From a virus (Duplodnaviria > Caudoviricetes): DNA of 31,340 nucleotides. Position numbers and translations under genes: made by a program. The stretch spans positions 1-31,340 of IMG/VR virus record IMGVR_UViG_3300040985_000575; one strand, 5' to 3'. Below, piece by piece: positions 8,368-16,062 of this stretch (its first letter is position 1; every line of letters starts with the position of its first letter). The notes under the pieces are model-generated. The model was not told where the DNA came from. It was given only the letters and a program-made list of their open reading frames with translations, and did not search any database.

Positions 8368-8615
8368 TTCAATTTCGCGTTCGGTTGTCCTTTCATTATT
8401 GTTTTATAATTCTCCAAGATATACAATAAATTCTTTTTCAGCGCAAGACATTGTTCATCGTTTGCCGGGTCTTTGCATTTCTTGACTATCTGAATATCTG
8501 TTTGAACAAAGCGGTGCAAGTTCTGAATATATCCTAACTTACACCGCATCGCACAATTTTGCCTTTGTAGCAGATTGTTGGCAATATCAATGAAGCGTTT
8601 ATTTATCAAGTTCAT
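8364..8615 (-). CDS. Hypothetical protein
   Basis: ORF tiling the operon. Confidence 0.65.
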   Translation of the reverse strand: MNLINKRFIDIANNLLQRQNCAMRCKLGYIQNLHRFVQTDIQIVKKCKDPANDEQCLALKKNLLYILENYKTIMKGQPNAKLK

Positions 8616-9048
8616 CGTTCATGTTGCTGACAATGTTTTCAGCCTGATTTGTTATGTCATTCTTCAATTCGTCCGTTATCTTCAAGTGGTCAATGTCTGT
8701 GTTGCTAATTGACACACCGTCAAGAATCACTTCTTTGCGTGTATCGTACACACCGCTTTCATGAATAGGTTCTTCAATTTCATCTATTGACGTATGCACT
8801 TCAAGTTCAAGTTCGTTGCCGTTGTCGTCGTGAAGACGAAGTTCTTCGTCTGTCGTTGTGTAACATTCGACACCTTCCGAATCGTTGAACGATATTTCAG
8901 TCAAGTGAAATGATTCATCTTTTCGACTTGATTCATTCCACAAGGCACACTTGAATGATGCAATGTCATGACAAAGGAATGCTTCGACTGGCGTTTCAAT
9001 GACACGGTTGCGGTGCGTGTTCTTCTTGATTACTATAATTGCTTCCAT
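8599..9048 (-). CDS. Hypothetical acidic protein
   Basis: 149-aa ORF with A-rich leader. Confidence 0.7.
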   Translation of the reverse strand: MEAIIVIKKNTHRNRVIETPVEAFLCHDIASFKCALWNESSRKDESFHLTEISFNDSEGVECYTTTDEELRLHDDNGNELELEVHTSIDEIEEPIHESGVYDTRKEVILDGVSISNTDIDHLKITDELKNDITNQAENIVSNMNDELDK

Positions 9049-9060
9049 GTGTTTTGTTGT

Positions 9061-9303
9061 TTAGAACAATTCCTTGTCTTTGTCGTCAAGTTCTTCTTGA
9101 TTCGACGGCTTCCATTCATTAATCTGTGCGTATGCTTTGCCTTGTTTTGACACTTTCAAATCAAGGTTTATCCAGTCGTCGTCAAGTTCCTGAAGTGCTT
9201 GAATCATTTCTTCGCGTTTGATTGAAAGACTTCCCTTTACGAAGTCCGGTGCTTTGTCGTGTGGCATTTTAAAAATCAAGCCATTTAAAAAATTTGCTTC
9301 CAT
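9061..9303 (-). CDS. Putative small ssDNA-binding protein
   Basis: Beta-rich with aromatic residues and an acidic C-terminal tail ending in LF; near the ERF gene. Confidence 0.5.
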   Translation of the reverse strand: MEANFLNGLIFKMPHDKAPDFVKGSLSIKREEMIQALQELDDDWINLDLKVSKQGKAYAQINEWKPSNQEELDDKDKELF

Positions 9304-9325
9304 GTGTATTTGTTTTTATTGGTTA

Positions 9326-9598
9326 TTATTTATTATTTGTGTATTTAAGTAGTGCTTCAACATCAAGTGTCAAGCGGTCAATTGCTTTTATTGTTTCATA
9401 GTGTTCGCCGTTCATAATGTGTTCATGAAGTCTGCTATTTACGAAGTCATAATTCGCGTTGATCTGAACAAGTTCTTGCTTCGTTGCAACCTTGCCATTG
9501 TACAGACAAGATTCAATTGAAGCCGTTGAAAACTTCGGCGAATCATTATAGTCAATATCAATGAAAATTGTTTCTGAAATTAGTGTGAAGTCAATCAT
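9326..9598 (-). CDS. Hypothetical protein
   Basis: ORF with ATGA overlap. Confidence 0.65.
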   Translation of the reverse strand: MIDFTLISETIFIDIDYNDSPKFSTASIESCLYNGKVATKQELVQINANYDFVNSRLHEHIMNGEHYETIKAIDRLTLDVEALLKYTNNK

Positions 9599-9852
9599 GT
9601 CTTTGTTATTTTATGGTTAACATTATACTCGTAATTACGCAACGCCCTTTTTGCCTTGCTTATGTCTTTGACAAGTTCCTTGTGAACTTCGTCACCTTCA
9701 AATTTAGCGTTTTGTTGGCGCACTTCATTGATGCACATACACATTTGTACGCTTTCCGGTATGTATTGCATTTGTGACTTGTGCAAAAAGCAATTCATCC
9801 ATTCGTCGCCGTCTTGTAATTGTGCAAAGAATTCGTTTGTTGTTAAACTCAT
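9595..9852 (-). CDS. Hypothetical protein
   Basis: ORF tiling the operon. Confidence 0.65.
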   Translation of the reverse strand: MSLTTNEFFAQLQDGDEWMNCFLHKSQMQYIPESVQMCMCINEVRQQNAKFEGDEVHKELVKDISKAKRALRNYEYNVNHKITKT

Positions 9853-9856
9853 AGCC

Positions 9857-10471
9857 TTATTTATTTAGTGGATTTTCTTGAACGTCAAGTGTTGCCTGAA
9901 GAAGTTCTTCACGTTGTTGTTTGGTCAGATTATACTTTTCAATTGCATAATAGTCAACGTCACCTTTTGCCATTGCGTCAAGTGCCTTTTCAAAGCGTTC
10001 AGGCGTTAATGATTCGGCTTGTTTCTTCTTCGGTGTTGCCTTCTTTTGCTTCGGTGCTTGTTCACCGTGTGCGTCCGTGTCTTTGTCCGTCACAATGCCT
10101 AAAATTGCGCTTAATGAATAGCGTCGAATGTATGTAATTGCTGAACCAAGAACTTGAAAGTCATTCATTCCTTTCAAGATAACGTCTTGCGGAATGTCCG
10201 TGTTGCTTTCAAGCGTTTCACCGCTTTCACAATGAAAGACAATAGTCTTGATTTGTTGTCCGTCGATTAATTGCGTGAAGCCTAAACCGTGCTTTTTTAA
10301 TACCGGGTTGATTGCTTCAAAGATTGTCGGAAGGTCGGCGTATGAATATCCGTAGCCTTGTGTCGCTTTGTGGATCGTTGGCACTTCTTGTTGAAATTTC
10401 GCAAGTGCTTGAAATAATGTTTCTTTTTTCTTTGCCGTCTTTTTCACTGGCGGTGTTTCTGTTTTGTTCAT
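9857..10471 (-). CDS. erf: ERF-family ssDNA annealing protein
   Basis: YSYADL and the GSAITYIRRYSLSAILGI..DKDTDA signature. Confidence 0.92.
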   Translation of the reverse strand: MNKTETPPVKKTAKKKETLFQALAKFQQEVPTIHKATQGYGYSYADLPTIFEAINPVLKKHGLGFTQLIDGQQIKTIVFHCESGETLESNTDIPQDVILKGMNDFQVLGSAITYIRRYSLSAILGIVTDKDTDAHGEQAPKQKKATPKKKQAESLTPERFEKALDAMAKGDVDYYAIEKYNLTKQQREELLQATLDVQENPLNK

Positions 10472-10498
10472 GTTGTTTCAAATTTAGTTAAAAAATTA

Positions 10499-10642
10499 TT
10501 ATTGTTTTGTCTTCAGTTCAATTGCCTTCTTGATAAGGTGTCGAAGTTCGGCGTTTGTTGAACGTTCATTCTTGACCGCCTGACCTTTCACCAGTTCAAG
10601 CGTGTCTTCTTCAATGCTTAAAAGTATTTTTGTCTTTGCCAT
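10499..10642 (-). CDS. Arc-like ribbon-helix-helix DNA-binding protein, 47 aa
   Basis: MAKTKILLSIEEDTLELVKGQAVKNERSTNAELRHLIKKAIELKTKQ*: beta-strand, helix, RSxNxE turn, helix. Below the ORF-track cutoff. Confidence 0.85.
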   Translation of the reverse strand: MAKTKILLSIEEDTLELVKGQAVKNERSTNAELRHLIKKAIELKTKQ

Positions 10643-10687
10643 AGTTATTGTTTTACGCTTTCGCTTTTTTGGTTGTTTATTTTGTTG

Positions 10688-10966
10688 TTATTCATCTGAA
10701 CCAATTAGCAGTAAAAGACTCTCAAATTCTTTAATTGAATCTTTATATTGTGCCTTTGTTTTTTGGAATACTGTTTTTTCATCTCCAAATTGTGTTAAAA
10801 GTTCTTTGTAATATTCAACTGTAAATTCAATCGTTTCAATTACGTATTCTTTTGTGTCTTTTGGTAATCGTGAAGTTTTCATAATTATTGTTTTTGTTTG
10901 TTCTATTTCTTTAAAAAATCCTGTTTGCCCTTTGTGGCGTTTATCTATTTCGTCTTGCCAATTCAT
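10688..10966 (-). CDS. Hypothetical early protein
   Basis: AT-rich ORF; start uncertain. Confidence 0.6.
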   Translation of the reverse strand: MNWQDEIDKRHKGQTGFFKEIEQTKTIIMKTSRLPKDTKEYVIETIEFTVEYYKELLTQFGDEKTVFQKTKAQYKDSIKEFESLLLLIGSDE

Positions 10967-10969
10967 TGA

Positions 10970-11191
10970 TTAAATATTTTCAATTACCCAATTCGTGCCA
11001 ATTTTTACCGCATCTTTTTTTGTTGCAAACCATTCGTTAACTATTAAATCATTTCCGCTTAAAATATTTAATTGCCATTTATCCGTTCCCATACCGTTGC
11101 ACTTGAATGGATTTGAAATTGTTATTTCAATTCCGTTATCACTAATACTGTAATAACCTTGTCTTTGCTTTTTTAAGTTTAAAGTAATCAT
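10970..11191 (-). CDS. Hypothetical early protein
   Basis: Start reassigned to ATG 11191 (MITLNLKK), downstream of the promoter box and an A-rich leader. Confidence 0.65.
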   Translation of the reverse strand: MITLNLKKQRQGYYSISDNGIEITISNPFKCNGMGTDKWQLNILSGNDLIVNEWFATKKDAVKIGTNWVIENI

Positions 11192-11215
11192 ATCGTTTTT
11201 GTTGTTTGACATATT

Positions 11216-11260
11216 CAAATATAAGTAATATATATCTATTATATACTATTATATTGAATT
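11216..11260 (-). promoter_or_regulatory. Early host-sigma promoter with TATAATAG repeats
   Basis: Perfect TATATTTG (TAnnTTTG) at 11216-11223 with two ATATAATAG repeats upstream. Confidence 0.7.
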
Positions 11261-11343
11261 ATTTTTTCACTTTTTTTTAAGAAAAATGCTCTTTCCCTTT
11301 GTTTATAGGGCTTTCAGAACGAAAAGAAAAATGAAAGTTTATT

Positions 11344-12156
11344 CTATTTATTATAAGATTCCGACATTTTCAGCAATTTTTCCTTGATTTTCGGCGCAAG
11401 TTCAAGGTTCTTCACTGTGAAGGTTGTCGGTTCAAATGGTTTGCGCACATCATTGAAGAATGTTTCGCGTGTTATTGATATATTATTGTGTCCTTGCGTG
11501 TCAAGACTGTCGGAATACAGTACTTCGTCTTCATACTTCTTGAACGGCTGACTTTTACCCGCTTTGAATTCATTAAACAATAAGCCGTCAATACCTTTCT
11601 TCAGGTTTGACTTCGGCATTCTTCGTGCGTACATTGTTTTGAATGCCATGTTCAAATTAGTCAGACCTTGATAGTTATACATTATCATTTTATTCGATAT
11701 GAATGAAAAGAACATTCCTTTTGTGTTATCATACCAGTCGAAGTCGTTTTTGACAATCGCTTCAAATGTATTTTTAAGGCGCAATGAAGGTGAATGACAA
11801 TCACCCGCCTGAAGAAGAAAGGCTTCAGAACTTTCGTGTGCGTGTTCGCCTAATATTTGCCATTTATCAATTAATAAGATATGATACTTCAATTCAATGT
11901 ACTGTATATTGACGCAGTTTGCCTTTTTAAGCCGTCTGACGAACTTTTGAACACCTTCATGACCGAATTGTTCAGTGTGTACTTCTTCGCACAGTAGAAG
12001 TTCCCATTCGAAGTCAACGTCTTTTTGATTGCACAATGATTCCAAACAAAGCCAAACGATTTCATTCACCTTGTACATCGGAAGTGCGACGGTCACAACC
12101 GGGAGCGCATTCTTTTTAGTGTATAGGGTCTGTGATTTCTTGATACAAGACTTCAT
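11344..12156 (-). CDS. Glycosyltransferase, GT-A fold (GT2-like, divergent)
   Basis: VTVALPMYK...CLESLCNQ...WELLLCEE N-terminus; degenerate DxD (AGD); later GID motif. Confidence 0.75.
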   Translation of the reverse strand: MKSCIKKSQTLYTKKNALPVVTVALPMYKVNEIVWLCLESLCNQKDVDFEWELLLCEEVHTEQFGHEGVQKFVRRLKKANCVNIQYIELKYHILLIDKWQILGEHAHESSEAFLLQAGDCHSPSLRLKNTFEAIVKNDFDWYDNTKGMFFSFISNKMIMYNYQGLTNLNMAFKTMYARRMPKSNLKKGIDGLLFNEFKAGKSQPFKKYEDEVLYSDSLDTQGHNNISITRETFFNDVRKPFEPTTFTVKNLELAPKIKEKLLKMSESYNK

Positions 12157-12460
12157 TTATTTGGTTTTTGAATTCAAGACAGTTTTGCGCAAGTTCAAAG
12201 AATTGAAGTTTATCTTTTATACATTCATATTCAACAACATTCAGCCAGTCAAACAATTCATGAAGCATCAACAAGTTCGCCGTGTTAAAATTAGCACTTT
12301 TTTTCAATAGTTCATGAAAACCCTTTTGAACTTCGCCACCGATAAGATAAGAAAACACTTCGTCCATTTCAATCAGGTCAAAATATAATCTTGCATCACT
12401 GAATGATTGTTCAAATACAATGAGAATTGAATGCGCCTGAAGTGTCGGAAGTGGTTTCAC
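12116..12460 (-). CDS. Hypothetical protein
   Basis: ORF with ATGA overlap to rusA. Confidence 0.65.
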   Translation of the reverse strand: MKPLPTLQAHSILIVFEQSFSDARLYFDLIEMDEVFSYLIGGEVQKGFHELLKKSANFNTANLLMLHELFDWLNVVEYECIKDKLQFFELAQNCLEFKNQINEVLYQEITDPIH

Positions 12461-12777
12461 AATTCGGTCAAATTAAAGTCAATAAATTCAGAACCCTTCT
12501 TCACAATTTCTTTTTCAATTGTGATCTTAAAGATGTTCTTATCATTAAAGACGTACTTCTTTTGCAAAATGTCAATGAAAGGTTTCAATATATTATCAAC
12601 ATCGGCATTGCGTGAAGAAAGACCGCACTTGATTGATAGTTCAAGCGGTTTGTCCGATACCTTCAACGGCTTCAGGCGACAAAGAACTTCTTGCTCATAA
12701 CATTTGTATTGTAATGTCTTGAATCGTTTGCCTTGCCACGCCTGATTAACCGATAAAGGTTTTACTTTTATAATCAT
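12457..12777 (-). CDS. rusA: RusA-like Holliday junction resolvase
   Basis: PLSVN N-terminus, DVDNILKPFIDIL and FND motifs. Confidence 0.88.
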   Translation of the reverse strand: MIIKVKPLSVNQAWQGKRFKTLQYKCYEQEVLCRLKPLKVSDKPLELSIKCGLSSRNADVDNILKPFIDILQKKYVFNDKNIFKITIEKEIVKKGSEFIDFNLTEL

Positions 12778-12991
12778 TGAACGGTTTTACTTCTCTATAC
12801 TGTCGCGCCTTCATTCTATTATAAAGCCTTTCAGCAAAGTCAAGAATGCGGTGTTGTTCGCCTTGTTTAAAGTGTGTGCGTGTGTACATCACTTCAACCG
12901 TATAGCCGTTGAATAACTTTTCAACGTGTCCGACCTTTATGCCGTCGTGTTCAAGCATGGCAACAAGGTCATTTTGTTTGTTTAGTTTCAT
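12746..12991 (-). CDS. Hypothetical protein
   Basis: ORF with A-rich leader. Confidence 0.65.
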   Translation of the reverse strand: MKLNKQNDLVAMLEHDGIKVGHVEKLFNGYTVEVMYTRTHFKQGEQHRILDFAERLYNRMKARQYREVKPFNDYKSKTFIG

Positions 12992-13000
12992 TTTGTTTTG

Positions 13001-13016
13001 TTGTTTAGTTTATATT
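13001..13016. repeat. 16-bp direct repeat TTGTTTAGTTTATATT flanking the methyltransferase (second copy 13731-13746)
   Basis: Exact match read at both positions. Confidence 0.85.
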
Positions 13017-13720
13017 TAAAATAAGGTTTGTTGTACGTTGTCATAATTAGTTGCTATGTTGCTCCATATTGCCTCAGTCGTCTTATACATAGAACCCTGC
13101 ATTGATTTCATAGGCTTGAAATCCATCCATTTTGCTTTCGTGTTTTCACACACAATAGATTGACCTTTTCTTTCTTTGCACCAATTTGAAAGGAAGTTGA
13201 AATTTATATCTTTTGTGTTGAACTTGTAATGTTCACCACCATATTGATATGGTGGGTCAATAAACCATGTAACACATTCATTTTTTAAATCTTGATAACT
13301 ACCCATTTTTATATTCCAGTGTCTTATTTTAAATAGTTGTTTAGATATTTTTTTTAAAATATTCTTTTGAGAATGAACACTGCATCCATCAAAACTCCCT
13401 GGCTTGTTTGCAGGTCTTGTATCACCGCCTTTTATAATAAAACCTAAAAGCATTTTTTCTTCTTTAGATAAAAATTGATAGTTTTTTAATTCATCACCAA
13501 ATTCTAACACTGGCAAGTTTAAAATATCTTTTTCACTTGCTTGTTTTAAATAATTCCATAATTCAACAATCACATGATATTTATCAATCAATAAAATATC
13601 TTTATCAAAATACTTCAGTGAATATCTTGCCGAACCTGCAAAAGGTTCAATTATCTTATCAAATTTTGGTGGTGGATATAAGTCAACCACCTTGCTTTTG
13701 CTTCCGTAATATGACCACAT
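13016..13720 (-). CDS. DNA adenine methyltransferase (D12/Dam-like class)
   Basis: YYGSK, EPFAGSA (motif I), FIDPPY (motif IV). Confidence 0.9.
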   Translation of the reverse strand: MWSYYGSKSKVVDLYPPPKFDKIIEPFAGSARYSLKYFDKDILLIDKYHVIVELWNYLKQASEKDILNLPVLEFGDELKNYQFLSKEEKMLLGFIIKGGDTRPANKPGSFDGCSVHSQKNILKKISKQLFKIRHWNIKMGSYQDLKNECVTWFIDPPYQYGGEHYKFNTKDINFNFLSNWCKERKGQSIVCENTKAKWMDFKPMKSMQGSMYKTTEAIWSNIATNYDNVQQTLF

Positions 13721-13744
13721 AATTTTATTTTTGTTTAGTTTATA

Positions 13745-14650
13745 TTAGATTTGATAGAATGTCTTTACTACGTGATACGGCTTTTTAATCTTCAAGTGCT
13801 TTCTGTTTATAGGGTCAACACCGAAACATTTAAAGCCTAAACCGTTATTATATTCAAGCATCACTTGTTCGTTCAGGTTCGTCGGCTGACCGCCAGTGTC
13901 TTTGTCTTTGATTTTATCGATATCGACCATTGTGAAGGTATTTAAGTCGTTGTGTTTTGTCAGGCGGTGAACAATTATAAAGTCGTCGCACATGTTGGCA
14001 AAGATTTTACCGCCTTCAGCGTCAGCCTTACCCGGTATTTTTGGATGCCCTGACCATTCATGACGGTCATGATATAAAGACGACTGACGACCCGTTGACG
14101 TGATAGGGTGCATTGTCAAGTATATTGTTTTGTTTCCTTTCTTGCACCACCTTTTGAACTTGCGAATCAATTCAATGTTTGATTTATATGTCATATCATG
14201 CTCTAATTGGTTGAAAGGGTCAATCAAGTACCCGTCACAATCTATTGAATCAAATAATTCAAGCAATGAATCGGGTGTATATGGTTGTTTATTATTAATG
14301 AAATAGAAGTGCTTTTCAATAACTTCTTCAAAGTAATAGATTTCATCTATTGACAAAGATTTGAACGGTTTGCCTGAAGCCATTTGAATAAGGTCACGCA
14401 TCACCTGACCGCTTGAATTCTCGTCCGTCCATAAACACCACCGAAGACCGTGACGAAGTGACAAGGTTAGAAAATACCATTCAAGAAAGAATGTCTTTCC
14501 GACGTTGTCCCCGCCCATAACACAATTGAACTGTCGTCTTTTGAATCGAAGGTATGTATCAAGTTCACAACCGGTGTCAAGACCTTTTGATATTTTGCCG
14601 TCTTTGTAGTCTTTCAAGTACTGGCGTGAATGTCCTTTTTTTAGTATCAT
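13745..14650 (-). CDS. DnaB/SF4-like replicative helicase
   Basis: Walker A GGDNVGKT, Walker B LIDPFN, MHP motif; follows the initiator gene. Confidence 0.85.
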   Translation of the reverse strand: MILKKGHSRQYLKDYKDGKISKGLDTGCELDTYLRFKRRQFNCVMGGDNVGKTFFLEWYFLTLSLRHGLRWCLWTDENSSGQVMRDLIQMASGKPFKSLSIDEIYYFEEVIEKHFYFINNKQPYTPDSLLELFDSIDCDGYLIDPFNQLEHDMTYKSNIELIRKFKRWCKKGNKTIYLTMHPITSTGRQSSLYHDRHEWSGHPKIPGKADAEGGKIFANMCDDFIIVHRLTKHNDLNTFTMVDIDKIKDKDTGGQPTNLNEQVMLEYNNGLGFKCFGVDPINRKHLKIKKPYHVVKTFYQI

Positions 14651-15384
14651 TTTTCTTTCTTTGAAATATTTACTTGTTTCATTAAATACGAATACTGTTT
14701 GTCTTCGTTCTTTTCGATTTCTTCAATTTCATCATTCCAACATTCACCGTTCAGATAAGTCAAAGGATTCTTTTGATACTTCTTTTCAGTAATCGTTTTC
14801 AAATAGTTCGGAAGCGTCTTCATTATCACTTCAATTTCTTTGTTGTTTAAGCGTTTAAATTTTGCCTCACATTTTTTGCGGTCTACCTTCTTATTATACA
14901 GATTCCAAAAGTCCGAAAATGCGTGTATATTATTATGTATACATGTATTATACTTCTTGTTAGTGGTTGCTTGACTACTTTTTTTCTCTTTTTGCCCTTC
15001 TGTATCCTTTGCTATGACTGGTTTACGCATTTTTGCTGACGTGGGTTGCTCGTTGGTTGCTTCGTGGGTTGGCACTTGATATTTTTTGAAGTTAACTATC
15101 TGAATAATAGTACCTTGTCGGCTTGTTTTGTGGGTTGCTTCGTGGGTAGAAAGTAGGTTTTTCATAGCCGTGCGAATTTCTTGACGACTGATATTCAATT
15201 CTTTAGCAAGTTGACGTTGCCCGGTTATCACTTGACCTTCTTTTATCACAATGCCTTTGTAATTTATCGGTTTATGGTTCGCCTTCATAAGCAAATGAAA
15301 GAACAATCTGAAGGTGTTCGGTTCATTATACCATTCCCATTCAAGAATTCGTCTGTGCAGTTTTATCCACCCGTTTTGTTTCAT
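14647..15384 (-). CDS. Phage replication initiator (replisome organiser)
   Basis: GWIKLHRRILEWEWY N-terminus, wHTH, and C-terminal FWNLY.KK...PLTYLNGECWNDE domain. Confidence 0.85.
   Translation of the reverse strand: MKQNGWIKLHRRILEWEWYNEPNTFRLFFHLLMKANHKPINYKGIVIKEGQVITGQRQLAKELNISRQEIRTAMKNLLSTHEATHKTSRQGTIIQIVNFKKYQVPTHEATNEQPTSAKMRKPVIAKDTEGQKEKKSSQATTNKKYNTCIHNNIHAFSDFWNLYNKKVDRKKCEAKFKRLNNKEIEVIMKTLPNYLKTITEKKYQKNPLTYLNGECWNDEIEEIEKNEDKQYSYLMKQVNISKKEK
14921..15150. repeat. Putative replication origin (iterons inside the initiator gene)
   Basis: GTGGGTTGCT-like repeats at about 14963, 15041, 15052, 15064, 15130 and 15142, next to an AT-rich stretch at about 14925-14955. Confidence 0.7.
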
Positions 15385-15401
15385 GTCGGTCAGGTGTCAA
15401 T

Positions 15402-15812
15402 TTAAAGTTCTTCGTTCAGTACACGTTCACGGATTGAATAAAATTCTTCAAGCGTGTCCGCACTTCTTATTTTATCACGAAGTATTTTGTTGGTATCGTC
15501 AATTTCACCGACGTGCTTGAAGTATTCTTTTATCGGTTCGGTATAATTTAAATACTTCACGTCGTTTGTTTCTGTAAGGTCATGATGCGATTCAAGTGCG
15601 CTTATCATTGTGGTATGATGTCGGTTGAACATTGCACCGATTTCAACAAGTGAAAGTGAAGTGTTCTTTCGCAAGTAGTCAATTAAATAGTACCGCTTCA
15701 TTGAAATGCTTTCAGGCTTCCTTTTTGTTGCAAGGTCTTCTTGCTTGATTATTTCTTTGACAAAATCAATTCTTTTTTGATGCGTCAATTGAAGGTGTTC
15801 TTTGTATTTCAT
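15402..15812 (-). CDS. DnaA C-terminal (domain IV) HTH protein
   Basis: YLRKNTSLSLVEIGAMFNRHHTTMISA matches the DnaA signature SLxEIGxxFxRDHTTVxxA. Confidence 0.85.
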   Translation of the reverse strand: MKYKEHLQLTHQKRIDFVKEIIKQEDLATKRKPESISMKRYYLIDYLRKNTSLSLVEIGAMFNRHHTTMISALESHHDLTETNDVKYLNYTEPIKEYFKHVGEIDDTNKILRDKIRSADTLEEFYSIRERVLNEEL

Positions 15813-15964
15813 GATTCCGCTTTTTTGAGTTTACAAAATCGAAGGTATAATTCAAGATTGAATGAACCGTGTTGTTTCCAAAAATGAACCTGGTCTTGTA
15901 ATTGTGTTCGTGGTGTTACTGGAATGAAGACATTATCTGACCATTCCGCTTGTCTTTTTTTCAT
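15809..15964 (-). CDS. Hypothetical 51-aa protein
   Basis: Start reassigned to ATG 15964 (MKKRQAEW) after an A-rich leader. Confidence 0.6.
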   Translation of the reverse strand: MKKRQAEWSDNVFIPVTPRTQLQDQVHFWKQHGSFNLELYLRFCKLKKAES

Positions 15965-15990
15965 GGTATTTGTTTTTAAATGTTTCAATG

Positions 15991-15998
15991 CTAAATTA
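15991..15998 (-). promoter_or_regulatory. Possible host-type -7 box for the replication operon
   Basis: TAATTTAG, one mismatch to TAnnTTTG, about 26 nt before ATG 15964. Confidence 0.4.
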
Positions 15999-16062
15999 AC
16001 AAACAACTAACATTTGTCATTGAATTAATACGGTAAGTTTTAAACAATGTTTCGTTGATAAC

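Noticed and set aside
14963-15150. Short repeats as a CRISPR-like mini-array
   Set aside because: Units are 10-12 bp, irregularly spaced and inside a coding region; iterons fit better.
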